Below are positions 9,369 to 20,800 of a stretch of DNA of 64,000 nucleotides, piece after piece (positions within the stretch are counted from its first letter, which is position 1; each line of letters begins with the position of its first letter). The position numbers were made by a program, and so were the translations under genes. Origin of the DNA: an uncultured Candidatus Poseidoniales archaeon (GTDB taxonomy: Archaea; Thermoplasmatota; Poseidoniia; Poseidoniales; CAYMED01). Below the pieces are notes generated by a model. The model saw only the letters and a program-made list of their open reading frames with translations, searched no databases and was not told where the DNA came from. The stretch is taken from NCBI GenBank assembly GCA_964389655.1, contig CAYMED010000009.1:19531-83530 (forward strand), given 5' to 3'.

Positions 9369-11405
9369 GTGAGTGATTTGACCGAAGCGGCCATTCAAGA
9401 GCCGTGGTTCCCGCATGAGGCACCAAGAGTCGGCCAAGCAGACTTGATTGCTGAATGTGAGAGTGTATTTGAGGAAAAAGAATCACTTGTCGCTTGTGCC
9501 CCTACCGGAATTGGAAAAACAGCAGCTGCCCTAACCGCAGCGATTCGAGTCGCCCGGAGAAGTGTTGAACCAAAGCGCATTCTATTCCTGACCAGCAGGC
9601 AATCGCAACACCGCATCGCAGTCGATACGATACGTGCAATAAACGAAGTGCGTCCATCTGGACAATATCCAGTCACATCCGCAGACATTCTTGGGCAGAA
9701 ATCGATGTGTGTCCGCTCAATTCGCAATGAGCATCCTGCCTTATTCAGCCGAATTTGCGCTGAAGATCGACGTACGAGAAGATGTCAGCCCTTTCTTGAG
9801 CGAGATGAAAATCTCGATGATCGAATTCGGTTGTCGAGAATGCACGCTGAAGAAATCGTTACAGAAGGTATGAATCATCAATTAGGTAACAAACCTGCAC
9901 CGATCTGTGGTTGGCGATTAGCGCGAGATGCTGCTTCCAAGGTAGATGTGGTCATTGGCGACTACAACCATTTGTTTCAGGAAAAAGTGAGAGAAGCATC
10001 CATGGATGCTATGGGAATCGACCTACAGAACACATTTCTGATCATAGATGAGGCGCACAACCTACCTGAGAGGATTAGGAGAGGAATGCGGCGTACCCTA
10101 AGCCCTGATCTACTACGAGATGCGAGAAATGAGGTTGAAGGAGAAATAAGGGGAAAGAAAAGTACAGTTTCACAAGGAAAACATGATGAAAAATTGGCAA
10201 ATTTAAGGCACTTATCCGAGGTTATTCGCCGCTGGCGGCAAGAGATCAGCAATTGGATGAGGAACCGAAATAAGTCCAACGATAGTGAAATTCGAGTAGA
10301 GGCAATTGAAGTCCTTGGAACACTCGATGTATTGCTAGAACAAAACCTCTCACAAATGGGATCTTGGACCCGCAATGGCTTGCTCGATGAACTTACAGCA
10401 ATCCAGATCCACTCTGATGATGCAGATGAGGACATTTCAGCATGTGAGAGGCTTTCCGACGTGATCCAACTCCTCATACGCTGGGAATCCTCCACAGCCT
10501 TGGCCGCTATTTTGAGCACATCTGATGGCGAATCTCAATTATCAACGCAGCGCATCATCACACACCTTCTAGACCCTGGCCTCGTTGCGGGACCCATACT
10601 TCGAGAAGCTGCTGGTGCCGTATTAATGTCGGGCACACTTCTCCCGCCAAAAATGTACGCTAGAGAGCTTGGAATTGAGGATTCGAGGACGATTATCTGC
10701 AAATCCCCATTTGACGCTGTACGACGCCCAGTCATCGTTGCAACAGATGTGACAACGAGATATGCACGAAGAGATGACTCCATGATGTGGCGAATTACTG
10801 GTCACATTGAATCCCTGCTGGAACATGCACCGGGGCACATAGCCATTTTCGCGCCATCATATGTTCTTCTAGAACAGGTGGTCGAATGTGGAGGCTGGCA
10901 CGGGAGAAACATGATCGTTGAAGATGCGGGATGGGGTAAATCTGAAGCAGATCTCGTTTTAGATAAACTTGCCAAAGCGCGTACGTTAGGGGAGAAATCC
11001 ATCGTTTTCGGAACATACGGTGGGCGTCTTGCCGAAGGAATAGACTATCGAGATAACCTATTATGTTCTGTTGTATGCATTGGCATTCCAATCCCCCCAC
11101 CATCAGTACATGGAGATGCATTGAGAACCTACATCGAAAGCCAAACCAGTTCAACCAATTCATGGAAAGATGTGGTTGTACAGCCAGCCATCAATCGAGT
11201 TAGGCAGGCCATGGGGCGAGCTATCCGAAAGGCGGAAGATCGAGCACTTATCCTCCTGCTAGATGAGCGACATAGAGGAGGTCTTGAACGATCCTGCCAT
11301 GGAGACGCAGAATTGCACATTGAAAGCCGTGATGCCAAAAGCACTGCAAAAATGGCACACCGATTCTTTGCCCGCCATCCCGAAGAAGAAGCGACGAAGC
11401 CATGA
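9369..11405 (+). CDS. xpd: XPD/Rad3/DinG-family Fe-S DNA helicase (start GTG 9369; ORF open from 9306)
   Basis: Q-motif, APTGIGKT, four Cys of the Fe-S domain, DEAHN, SGT, QAMGRAIR. Confidence 0.9.
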   Translation: MSDLTEAAIQEPWFPHEAPRVGQADLIAECESVFEEKESLVACAPTGIGKTAAALTAAIRVARRSVEPKRILFLTSRQSQHRIAVDTIRAINEVRPSGQYPVTSADILGQKSMCVRSIRNEHPALFSRICAEDRRTRRCQPFLERDENLDDRIRLSRMHAEEIVTEGMNHQLGNKPAPICGWRLARDAASKVDVVIGDYNHLFQEKVREASMDAMGIDLQNTFLIIDEAHNLPERIRRGMRRTLSPDLLRDARNEVEGEIRGKKSTVSQGKHDEKLANLRHLSEVIRRWRQEISNWMRNRNKSNDSEIRVEAIEVLGTLDVLLEQNLSQMGSWTRNGLLDELTAIQIHSDDADEDISACERLSDVIQLLIRWESSTALAAILSTSDGESQLSTQRIITHLLDPGLVAGPILREAAGAVLMSGTLLPPKMYARELGIEDSRTIICKSPFDAVRRPVIVATDVTTRYARRDDSMMWRITGHIESLLEHAPGHIAIFAPSYVLLEQVVECGGWHGRNMIVEDAGWGKSEADLVLDKLAKARTLGEKSIVFGTYGGRLAEGIDYRDNLLCSVVCIGIPIPPPSVHGDALRTYIESQTSSTNSWKDVVVQPAINRVRQAMGRAIRKAEDRALILLLDERHRGGLERSCHGDAELHIESRDAKSTAKMAHRFFARHPEEEATKP

Positions 11406-11436
11406 GGGATGCCCTCATCGCAGACCCGGGGAGACC

Positions 11437-11880
11437 GTGGAAGAAGTCAAGATTGGGCTATTGGAGGAGGAAGAGTCGACGCCAATGGACGTCCTAGGAC
11501 TTTCGATGAGTGCACCTGAACTGCATGCTGCGTTTGAGCAATCAAGTGAGCACCTCTTCCAGGCACGAAATAGTCACCTGGACACTGCAATTGGAATCCC
11601 ATCGGTTAATCCAAATATAGGCATACGAGGACTTTCCGGATTAGTATCTGATCTTCATGGAAAGTTTGAGAGTGGAAATGCTCTCCTCCAAATAGGGATG
11701 TTATCCCTTGACGATATCCGCATGAGCATCGACCGCACTGAAAGGTGGCTCAAAGTAGAACTTGGCACTGACAAACTCACTGCGATTAACAGAGACCTAT
11801 ACTGGAGCGAAGATACTCGCTTCAAAGGCGCATCTTGGGCACCCGGAAAACTAAACATATCGTGGGAAAAGGTCAGTTAG
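11437..11880 (+). CDS. Hypothetical protein (5' end uncertain, possible frameshift)
   Basis: Open frame filling the gap between xpd and the convergent giant gene; GTG 11437 preceded by GGGGAG. Confidence 0.55.
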   Translation: MEEVKIGLLEEEESTPMDVLGLSMSAPELHAAFEQSSEHLFQARNSHLDTAIGIPSVNPNIGIRGLSGLVSDLHGKFESGNALLQIGMLSLDDIRMSIDRTERWLKVELGTDKLTAINRDLYWSEDTRFKGASWAPGKLNISWEKVS

Positions 11881-11882
11881 GA

Positions 11883-14800
11883 CTAGCGTGAAGGCACGCC
11901 TCCAGCATCCATCCCGTCGATTTCGTCGACGACATCCTTGAGCGAAGATCGTGCTTGCTCAAAGTCACTCCTCAGCATCTCATGTTTCGAATATCGGGCT
12001 TCTTCAAACATGCGATCTAATGCGATCAATGAGTCCTCCTTAATGGGTAATGCCTTGCGAATTGCCAACTCAAATTCACGTACTGTTTCAAAATCACGAC
12101 GCAAGAAGCGGTGCCGCATTAGGACGATACACATTTGCTCATAGCAGTTGAAAATCGCCTCACGGATATCATCGCCCGAAGCAAGTAATTCTGCGGTATA
12201 TGACATGATATCGCCAAGTTCACTTGCAACATTTGACCGACGTTTCTTGAGAATCCGAGCCGCTGCATAACCAATGACTCCAAGGACAATTACCGCTGCT
12301 GCAGCCCATCGCTCAGGGTGTGTTTCAGGCGGAGGACTTTCAACGACAACAGGACTATTACGCCCGGCTGCATCAAGGAAAAATCGAGATGTTTTTGCAA
12401 TTCTTTGATCCTCTGAATCGATACTCAACCTGAGATCATACATTGGATGGCTGTAAGGGGGTGATGCTGTTTCACCAAAGAGGAAGGAGGCTGAGCCAGC
12501 TGCATCGGTCGCGTAGGTCTTCGTAATGTTCCATGGTTCCACAGTAGACTCATTTGAAAGTCGGACGATCAACTCAAATCCTGAAATGGGTTCACCAGTG
12601 TCATTTGCTGTTAGAATCACACGACCTCTGATCGTCATTTCTTCAGGATTTGTACTTGCATGGACTACCTTCTCAACGATAATCTGGTAATCCACTTTGA
12701 ACTGAATGAACGTGCAGTCGCCTCGACTGACGGAACCACTAATTCCTGAGTCCTCACATTCTTGCGGTTTAACCGTGTAATTTGCAGGCCTCAAATATTG
12801 TGAAGCATCGCCTGCAAAGTGCAACTCATAAGCTAGGTACGTACTATTCATTGCAATCCATTCTGGAGCAATAGCAACGATGCTGAAACGGTCTGCTAGC
12901 CAAGTCGCATTATCGATAGAGTCCAATGCCAAACCCCAACTCTCCAATCTGATAGGGACATCTGAGATCGGAGATTCATTACCACCTACCTCGCTAATTC
13001 GTCCAGTTACCCGCAAAGGAGCGCCAGGGTCAGATCTTACAACTTGTGGATTGATGGATTCAATATCGTCAAAAGAGACGTATGCCCATACGATTCCAGT
13101 CATGTTTGAGTGCGTCGCAAGAAGAGTCACATTTCCTAGATGTTCAACTGTTAGTACGTGCTCTCCACGTGTGGTCAATTGCGTGGTACGAACCCAAAGG
13201 TCAATGGTCCCATTTTCACCGGTTTCTGGGTTGTTAATCACAAATCCAGTCGAATCAACGGGAATAATCAGTTCACCATCTAGGCGCACGACGAGGGGGC
13301 GGTTCTCTAGGGGGCTATTTGCAGCATCAAGATCTCGTAAGGTTCCCGTGATATGCCACCACTGACCTCGATCAATATCTGCTGAATCAAGGTTGAAGGT
13401 AATTTCAGTCTTGTGTGCCACGATCACTTGAACCGATACCGAAGCCGCACGGTACCAGCCCTGTTGAGTTGCATTGATGAATGCAATATGAGTTCCTGAA
13501 GCCATTCCTTCAGGAATCACCAAATCAATGCTCCAATTTCGGTCTGAAACATCGATTGTCTTAGTTACACCTGCAAAATGGACTTCAAGCGTGTAATTAC
13601 TAGGTCCAGCCCAATAAGATTGAATCGGTTGCCCAACATTATCACCAACAGTCCCTACTAATCTAAGCGATTCACCAATCGCCAGCGCTTGGCTTGGCCC
13701 ATCAGCAGTCAAAGCGACTGGAGAAAATATTGTCCAGTTATTCTCATCCTGTGACCCCAAATGGTATCCATTTTGCAGATAAATGATAATGAGGCGAGCA
13801 TCACCTAGTTGTTGTGTCGAGGACACAACACTTTGGAAGGCGAAGTTACCAGAAGCATCTGTGGTAGTTGTATCAATGAGATCTCCGGGATTGGTATCTC
13901 CGAGGTAAATTTGAAGAGTTGCTCCTGCAATTTGACGACCAAATTCATCCACTAGTGTCCCATTGGCATAAAAGAAATCCCCTCGGTCGACACTTGCACT
14001 TTCGGAGGTAATGCTGAGGAATGTCCGAATATGAACATCAAAGACATCTGATGCATTAGATTTGAGGTGGTATTCAGGATTATCGATATCTCCACTAGAA
14101 TATGGGGTTTCATGAATGTAGCCTCCAAGGAAACGAACATCGACTGTGATTGGGCCAGGTTGAGTATCTAATGGAATTAGATAATCAAAACTAAATGCGC
14201 CAGTAGAGGAATTAGAGCGCGCCACAAGTCCTGTATCAACGCCATCAATCCAAAGGTGAAGGAGTGCATCTGACTGGTTATGTGAATCTTCAGCATCGAG
14301 AAGAAGATTACCATGCTCATCAAAGATATGTCCCGAAATGGTAACACTTTCATTTGCAATCGCGAGAGTTGGCATGGGGTCAAGTTGAATTGATGTAGGT
14401 ACAAGAACAAGCACAGTAGTGGTACCTTGTGACCCATCTAATCCATCAGCACCATTCGACCCATTCCACCAAGTCATGATGGTGAGTGAGCCCGCCTTTG
14501 TAACATTGGGGAGAGGGATCGTAATCGATACACGACCGGAAAGGTCTGTAGTACCATTTAGAACCATTTCCTCACCATCTGCCAAAGAGACATTGACTTG
14601 TACATCCGAAAGAGGATCACCAGCATTGTCTCGCAAGGTGATATTCACCGAAATGTTTTGTCCACGCACGTAGCGATGAACACCACCATCGAGTGGATCA
14701 AGGAATGCAATCGTCGTATACCCCCTATTTTGGAAAGTGGTCCCATTGGTCTGCGTTGTGAGATAATTTGTCACGGCGGGAGTAGTAACTGAAATCCAGT

Positions 14801-17800
14801 GTGTACCATTCTTCAGATCATTAGGAAGAGTAATTGTCAGATTAAAGCGATCTCCATCATTGCCAAACAGAGATCCATTAATGATGGCAACTGAATTATT
14901 GTCGACCTCAACTGAAAGCTGCATCTCAATCGGTGTTCCATTAGCAATCGCGGGCATGGAACCATTATTCGAAATAATACGGCCTTCGATTGTCATTCGA
15001 CCGCCAGCAATAACTGGAGATTCGATTCTTTCAAAGATAATTTCCACCCCATCTTGGACCTTTATGCTGGTAAAATTATAGAATGTAGGCAAGAGAGTTG
15101 CCGATCCATTGTACATCATCCAAATCGTAGTTGGGCCTAAGGGGACATCCATGGGAACAAGTACTTCGATCGTGTAAACACCACCCAAACCAGTAACATT
15201 GGCAGGTACTGTCAGCCAATGCGAATTGCCCAAACGAATCCCAATCTCCCCACCAATAACGGCTTGATTTGAGTCAGAGGACTCCACGAGAGTAACGGAC
15301 AAATTCACCACACTCCCTCTAGTGAGAATCACTGCAGGATTTACAGATGGATTGACAAAGTCCGATACACCACGCACATTAACAACAAGTGTGCCATTCT
15401 GATCGGGCAAAAATGGAATATTGTCATTTTCAACAACTTCAATTGCCAGTACTTTTGCACCGCTTGAAATCGCACCACCTGGGCCTGTTGCTGTGAGCGT
15501 CAGATTGTAAAATCCACTGGGATCAGCAGAACCTGTGCCAATCTCGGTGCCAGGATTGTCTTGGAAATAGGCCCTCAAATCAACAGAACTGCCAACGGGC
15601 GTAGTCCCATCAGATGAGCGAACAACCTTTCCAGTTGCAACAAATGTAGTCAATGCAGTTACGGGATCATGGTCGATTGAATCAATTATCACTGTGGAAT
15701 CAACTTGGACCATGAGTTCAACGGTCGTATTGCTTCCCCACAAGCGACGTTGATCGGCATTTGAAGGATCGCCGGCATTGGCCCCATGATTGACAATTCC
15801 AGCGGTGTTATCTGCACAAATGATCTCAATGGTATAATTCCCCGGCTGTGCATTCACATCTAATGTTGTATTAATCCATGCGAATCCGCTTTCACTCCCA
15901 GTCCAAGCTGATAAATCGAGTGGGATGTGAGATAAGATGAGGCTATCAGAATCCCTTGTAATCTGAATGGTGAGGGGCTCAGAAGGATTGGGCTGATTGG
16001 TCAAGGGATCGGTGTTGCGTACTTCAAGTGAAATTTGATCCCCATTTCTATGTACAATTCTAGTCTTATTCGCAACTAGCTTCACATTTCCAATCAAGCC
16101 AATCACATCATTATCAATCGTACCATCATAGAGGTCATATGGTGTATCAGTTACTTCAGTTTCCAACTCAAAATCATATACACCTGCTTGGTCAACGGGC
16201 ATCACCAATTCAAGGAAAAACGTGCCATTACTCGAAAAGACGGAGCCTGAAACAGATCCGGTTGTCGCAGGAAATGTTGCTGAGATCGTGATTGTCTGAG
16301 GAGTTTGAACCGGCTGCCCATAGACCGAATCATTTACCGTACCATTGATCCAAACACTTTCAGATTGATTCGTCCAATCTCGCTCAATGCTATAGTTAAC
16401 CACAAAGTCACCACTAACAACCAAGTCAAACTGCCCTTGACTTGCAAGGTAAAGAGTCGTTTTATTGTAAGTTACATTGACTGCATAGACACCAGGCAAC
16501 CAATCCGACGCCAAGAGCCAATTAGGATCATATTGGCCAGTTGTTAAGCCAGTACCCGGCTGTGCATGAACCCACGTGGTGTTTGTGGCATATGAAGTAT
16601 TGAACCAACCAACTGCGGGTTCTACTAGCACCCCTCTGTGGTCTACAACAGTAACAGTTGCACAAGTTACCGGGTCGCCACGGGCATGTTTGATGGAGGT
16701 GCAACCACCTGCGACATTGGCACTGATGGCCAAGGCTCCAACGAGCGTCTTTGTCAATTCAGTTTCATTGGTTGGGTCTGCTGGGTCATTAGTACGGAAT
16801 ATCAGTTTGAAGTCAATTGAGCCCGCTCCGGGGAACTGCTGAGCTAGTGTGGCATCTAGCAGTATAACTCCTTGGATCACGCCATTAGTGACTTGAAATG
16901 AGTGGGCGGGAACTCCACCAAATGGGTCCGTTCCATTGGTACGGACATGGATATCAATAGTACCGTTCAGATCCGTAGGGGGCGTACCTTTCGTCTTGGC
17001 CGTCCCATTGATGTAGAAATGACTACCAACTTCAATGACTGAATTATCTGTCCCGGGTCCTTCAAGTGAAGTAATAATTAAACTTGGACCTTGCCGTATG
17101 TCAAACTCAAAGGAATAGTTGAGAGGAAGAATATGATAAGCGCCGGGGGTGCTTTGAGCATGCCATCCAGAGTGGGTGATGTAAGCATTCTTCAGGCCTG
17201 CACCCTCATTGGCACTAATTGCGACATTGAAGGTTGCAAAACCATCCGTAACAGTGGACGATAGGACCTCAATCCATCCACTTGGGGCAGCTAAAAGATC
17301 TGAAGATTCAAATCGAAGAGTGAGGGGCAATTGGGTTGTTTCATTGAGATTGTAAAAGGGCCCTTCGGCCCAAGATACTTGGACAATTAATTGAGTCGTA
17401 TCATCAGCAGCCACAGGGACTGGAGTTGTGGAGGAAGGTGAGGCAAGGACGAGGGTTGTATTACTCGTTACATTGAGCAATGGAGCGAGAACATGGACTT
17501 GCTCAAAGGCACGCCCATTTGCTGAATTCACGAGAATGAGTTTCGCTTCACCCGCTGCAATCATGCTAGATGGGAGGCCAGTAAATTGGAATGATCCATC
17601 TGCAGCAGTTGTGAGTTTCGCCTGGATTTTATTAGAGACATTTCTGTGATCGGGATCGCCTGCAGATGCCGAAGGTACGAGCCATAGTTCAATATCGGTA
17701 TCTGCAACAGGATCCGAGGTTCCTTGGAACATCAATTTCCCCTGCACATCCAAATCAATGGTCCCATCACGACTAATGTTGACCACGTTGAGGTTGAGAT

Positions 17801-20800
17801 TTGTAACTTCAATTGGATCAGGAGAAGGGCATGGATCCATCGGGACCCAGCCGAAGTCCTTTGTGCCCACACCAGCAGTCCCATCGCCCATCAAATGCAC
17901 TTCACCCCAGTAGGTGTGATTATTGGAGTAAATTTCCCAGTTCCCAGCAGAGGTCTCAATGCCTCCACGATAGCCACGCACCATACGAGAGGGGATCCCT
18001 GCCAAACGAGACATGGTTACAAATGCGGTTGCATAATCTTCGCACGTTCCATTACGGTTTACATCGAACAAATAGGCCACAATATCAATATTTAATGTCG
18101 TGTTTTGGCCTGCACCTGATGAATTAAGCGTAAATCTAGGATTCGAGTCCGACTTTAGCCAATTCGCCAATGTCTTCGCTTGTTGATAAGCATCTGTAAA
18201 ACCAAGACCGCCATTTGCAGCCGCAAGAACTGCATCAGTAGTGTTTTTCACAGTGGAATTCGGATTTGTCATGTCAGTAAGGCTATTTGGCAACAACAAG
18301 AATGCATCATTCCACGCTTTACCTGCAGGGTCTGCTGTAGAATATGGGTCGGTCTGCTGCAAACGTGCAAGACTCGGAGTGAATGCCTGAGATTCGACAT
18401 TCAGACGAGTAACTGCTGCTGTTGTTCCATTTACATCAAGCCCGCCGAGGAAATGCTCACGCTCGACATCTGCTGCTCCATCTATGATCGAAGAGATGAG
18501 TTCAGTACCCCATGGATGTGCAAGTTCGGCCGACAAGATGGGAATTGCATACTCCAACTGCCATGTGTACACATCATCAGATGTAGAAATTGTACCATCG
18601 AAGATCTCGGTCTCATTTCTCAAAGAAGTCGCATCAACAGATACAAGCATGGAGGGATCAACAGCGTAACTTGCCCCCGTGTAGAAACCGCGTCGTTCCA
18701 ATACCCAATGGGCCTCTGAAATAGAATCTGCCAATGCGTAGGCTTGGGAGGTATTTGCGTAGAAGAGAAGGGTGTTTAGGGCATTCGAATCATCAGACGG
18801 GTCGAAGGGATCTTGGGGCGGACAATCACCAGGGGTCATTCCGGGGATCCAACTTGACATAGGACATTCTTCACCATCGAGCATACCCCCATCATCGGTA
18901 TCAGGATCACGCCAATCAGTTCCTGTGTAATTTTGCTCAACGGAATCGGGAATTCCATCGTTATCAAAATCTGGCGGCAGAATGTCATCTCGAGGGTCAG
19001 TAGGATCGGTTATATCCCGATATTCAGTATTATCATCCACCCCACCTGAATCGGTATCGGGATTCGTGGCGTTTGTGACATAGAGGTCCTTCATCGGCAA
19101 CCCTTGTTCAGTAATCCCTTGACTTACGAGGAGGCATCCAATGGATTCCTCAAAACTGTCAGTAAGACCATCAAAATCACTATCAATCGAATTCACACAA
19201 TAGCCATCGTTGTCCCATGTAGTTCCTCCAAGGAGGGTATTGTATGCTTGAGTCCCATTCATCACCTCCCAAAAGTCAGATTCACCGTCAAAATCAGAGT
19301 CAGCGTCACTTATATTTGTGCTATGCACAATTTCTTGAAAATCTGAGAGACGATCGCCATCTGAATCTTTGTAATCATCATCACAGTACGAACTATAAGC
19401 CGAAAGAGAACGACCAGGCCTAGATTCATACCAACACCATGTATTGTTGGTGAAATACAATTCAGTAGCACTACCAGGGTCAACCGTAACGTCGATTGAA
19501 GAGAGGGCCTTGAGGCTTGGAGTCATGGGATTGTACGGTATTGAAATGTTATTGGGCGTTTTGGCCACACCACCCCCATACTGATCCTCATACGGATTAA
19601 CAAGGACGGTCGTATTGAGTTCTAGACGCCAAACTCCACCCCCTTGATTCGTTTTTGTGACAATCTGCACGGTCCAGTTAATGATAGAATCACAAGGATC
19701 GTAGCCCGTTGTATTTTCCTCCCACCCATCAAAGCGACCGCCTCCATCGGAATCAGGATTTAGCCAATCCAAGGTGCAACTGTGATTTTTTGCTGTGCGG
19801 TTTTCATACCAATTCGGTAGGCCATCTTTGTCAGAATCATTGTTATCTTCAACCCACATTGGATCTGTTTCTCCTGAATCAATGATTCCATCAGCGTTCA
19901 AATCTTCCTCGCCGTCTTTGAGACCATCTTCGTCGCTGTCGGGGTGGATCGGATTACTGGGGGTATCTCGGCCAGGTCCATATTGGCCAGTCAACTCAAT
20001 GTAATCATCAACACCATCTCCGTCAGTATCATTGGCCGTAGGGTCCGTACCATTCTCAACTTCAGCACCATCGATCAAATTGTCATTGTCGTTATCGGGG
20101 TCAAGGGGGTCTGTTCTAGTGAGTAAGTCCACTTGTGCTTTCGAGTCAGAGCAGCCATTGCCGCCAAAATTCACGGGCCAAGGCTTGCAGAACTGCGGAG
20201 CATCAGTGCCGTTGTATTTAGGCCAGGTACGGGAAGAGTTTTGAGGATATCCTGATGTATACTGTGCAGTAGACCAAACGGGATTCATATATTCCTCAAT
20301 ATTGGAAAGGCGATCGGAGTCAGGGTCACCTAATGAGCCATTAATTCCAAATGGGTCAATGGGATTGAGACCTGCATTGATTTCCCATTTATCATCCATG
20401 CCGTCCCCATCAGTGTCCCAACCTGCAACATCCTCGTCAACATTCGGTTCACCTGCATCTGGGAACCCGTTTGATTCACCACTATCGAACGTATTTGCAA
20501 TACCATCTTCGCCAAGGTCATCAGTCAGAGAACTCCAATCACCGTCATCATCAATGTTTCCATCTTGATCAGCATCGCCCCATGGGTCATTGTCCACCCA
20601 TGAAGGAGAAGGGCGCTTTTTGACCATGTTTTTTGATTCATCTACTTGATTCGTGGGCGCAGTCCCATTCCAATTGACCCCGTGGTCAAGTTTTCCATTT
20701 CCGTTTCCCGTGACACCCCCATATGTAACTGAAGAGCGATCATCCACTTCCATTTGTGCCCCGCCGGGCCGCAATGAATTGTAGCGATATTCGTCAATAT

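Noticed and set aside
9120-9372. Short ORFs 9112-9372, 9120-9305 and 8965-9195
   Set aside because: No recognisable motifs; they overlap strong inverted repeats and each other
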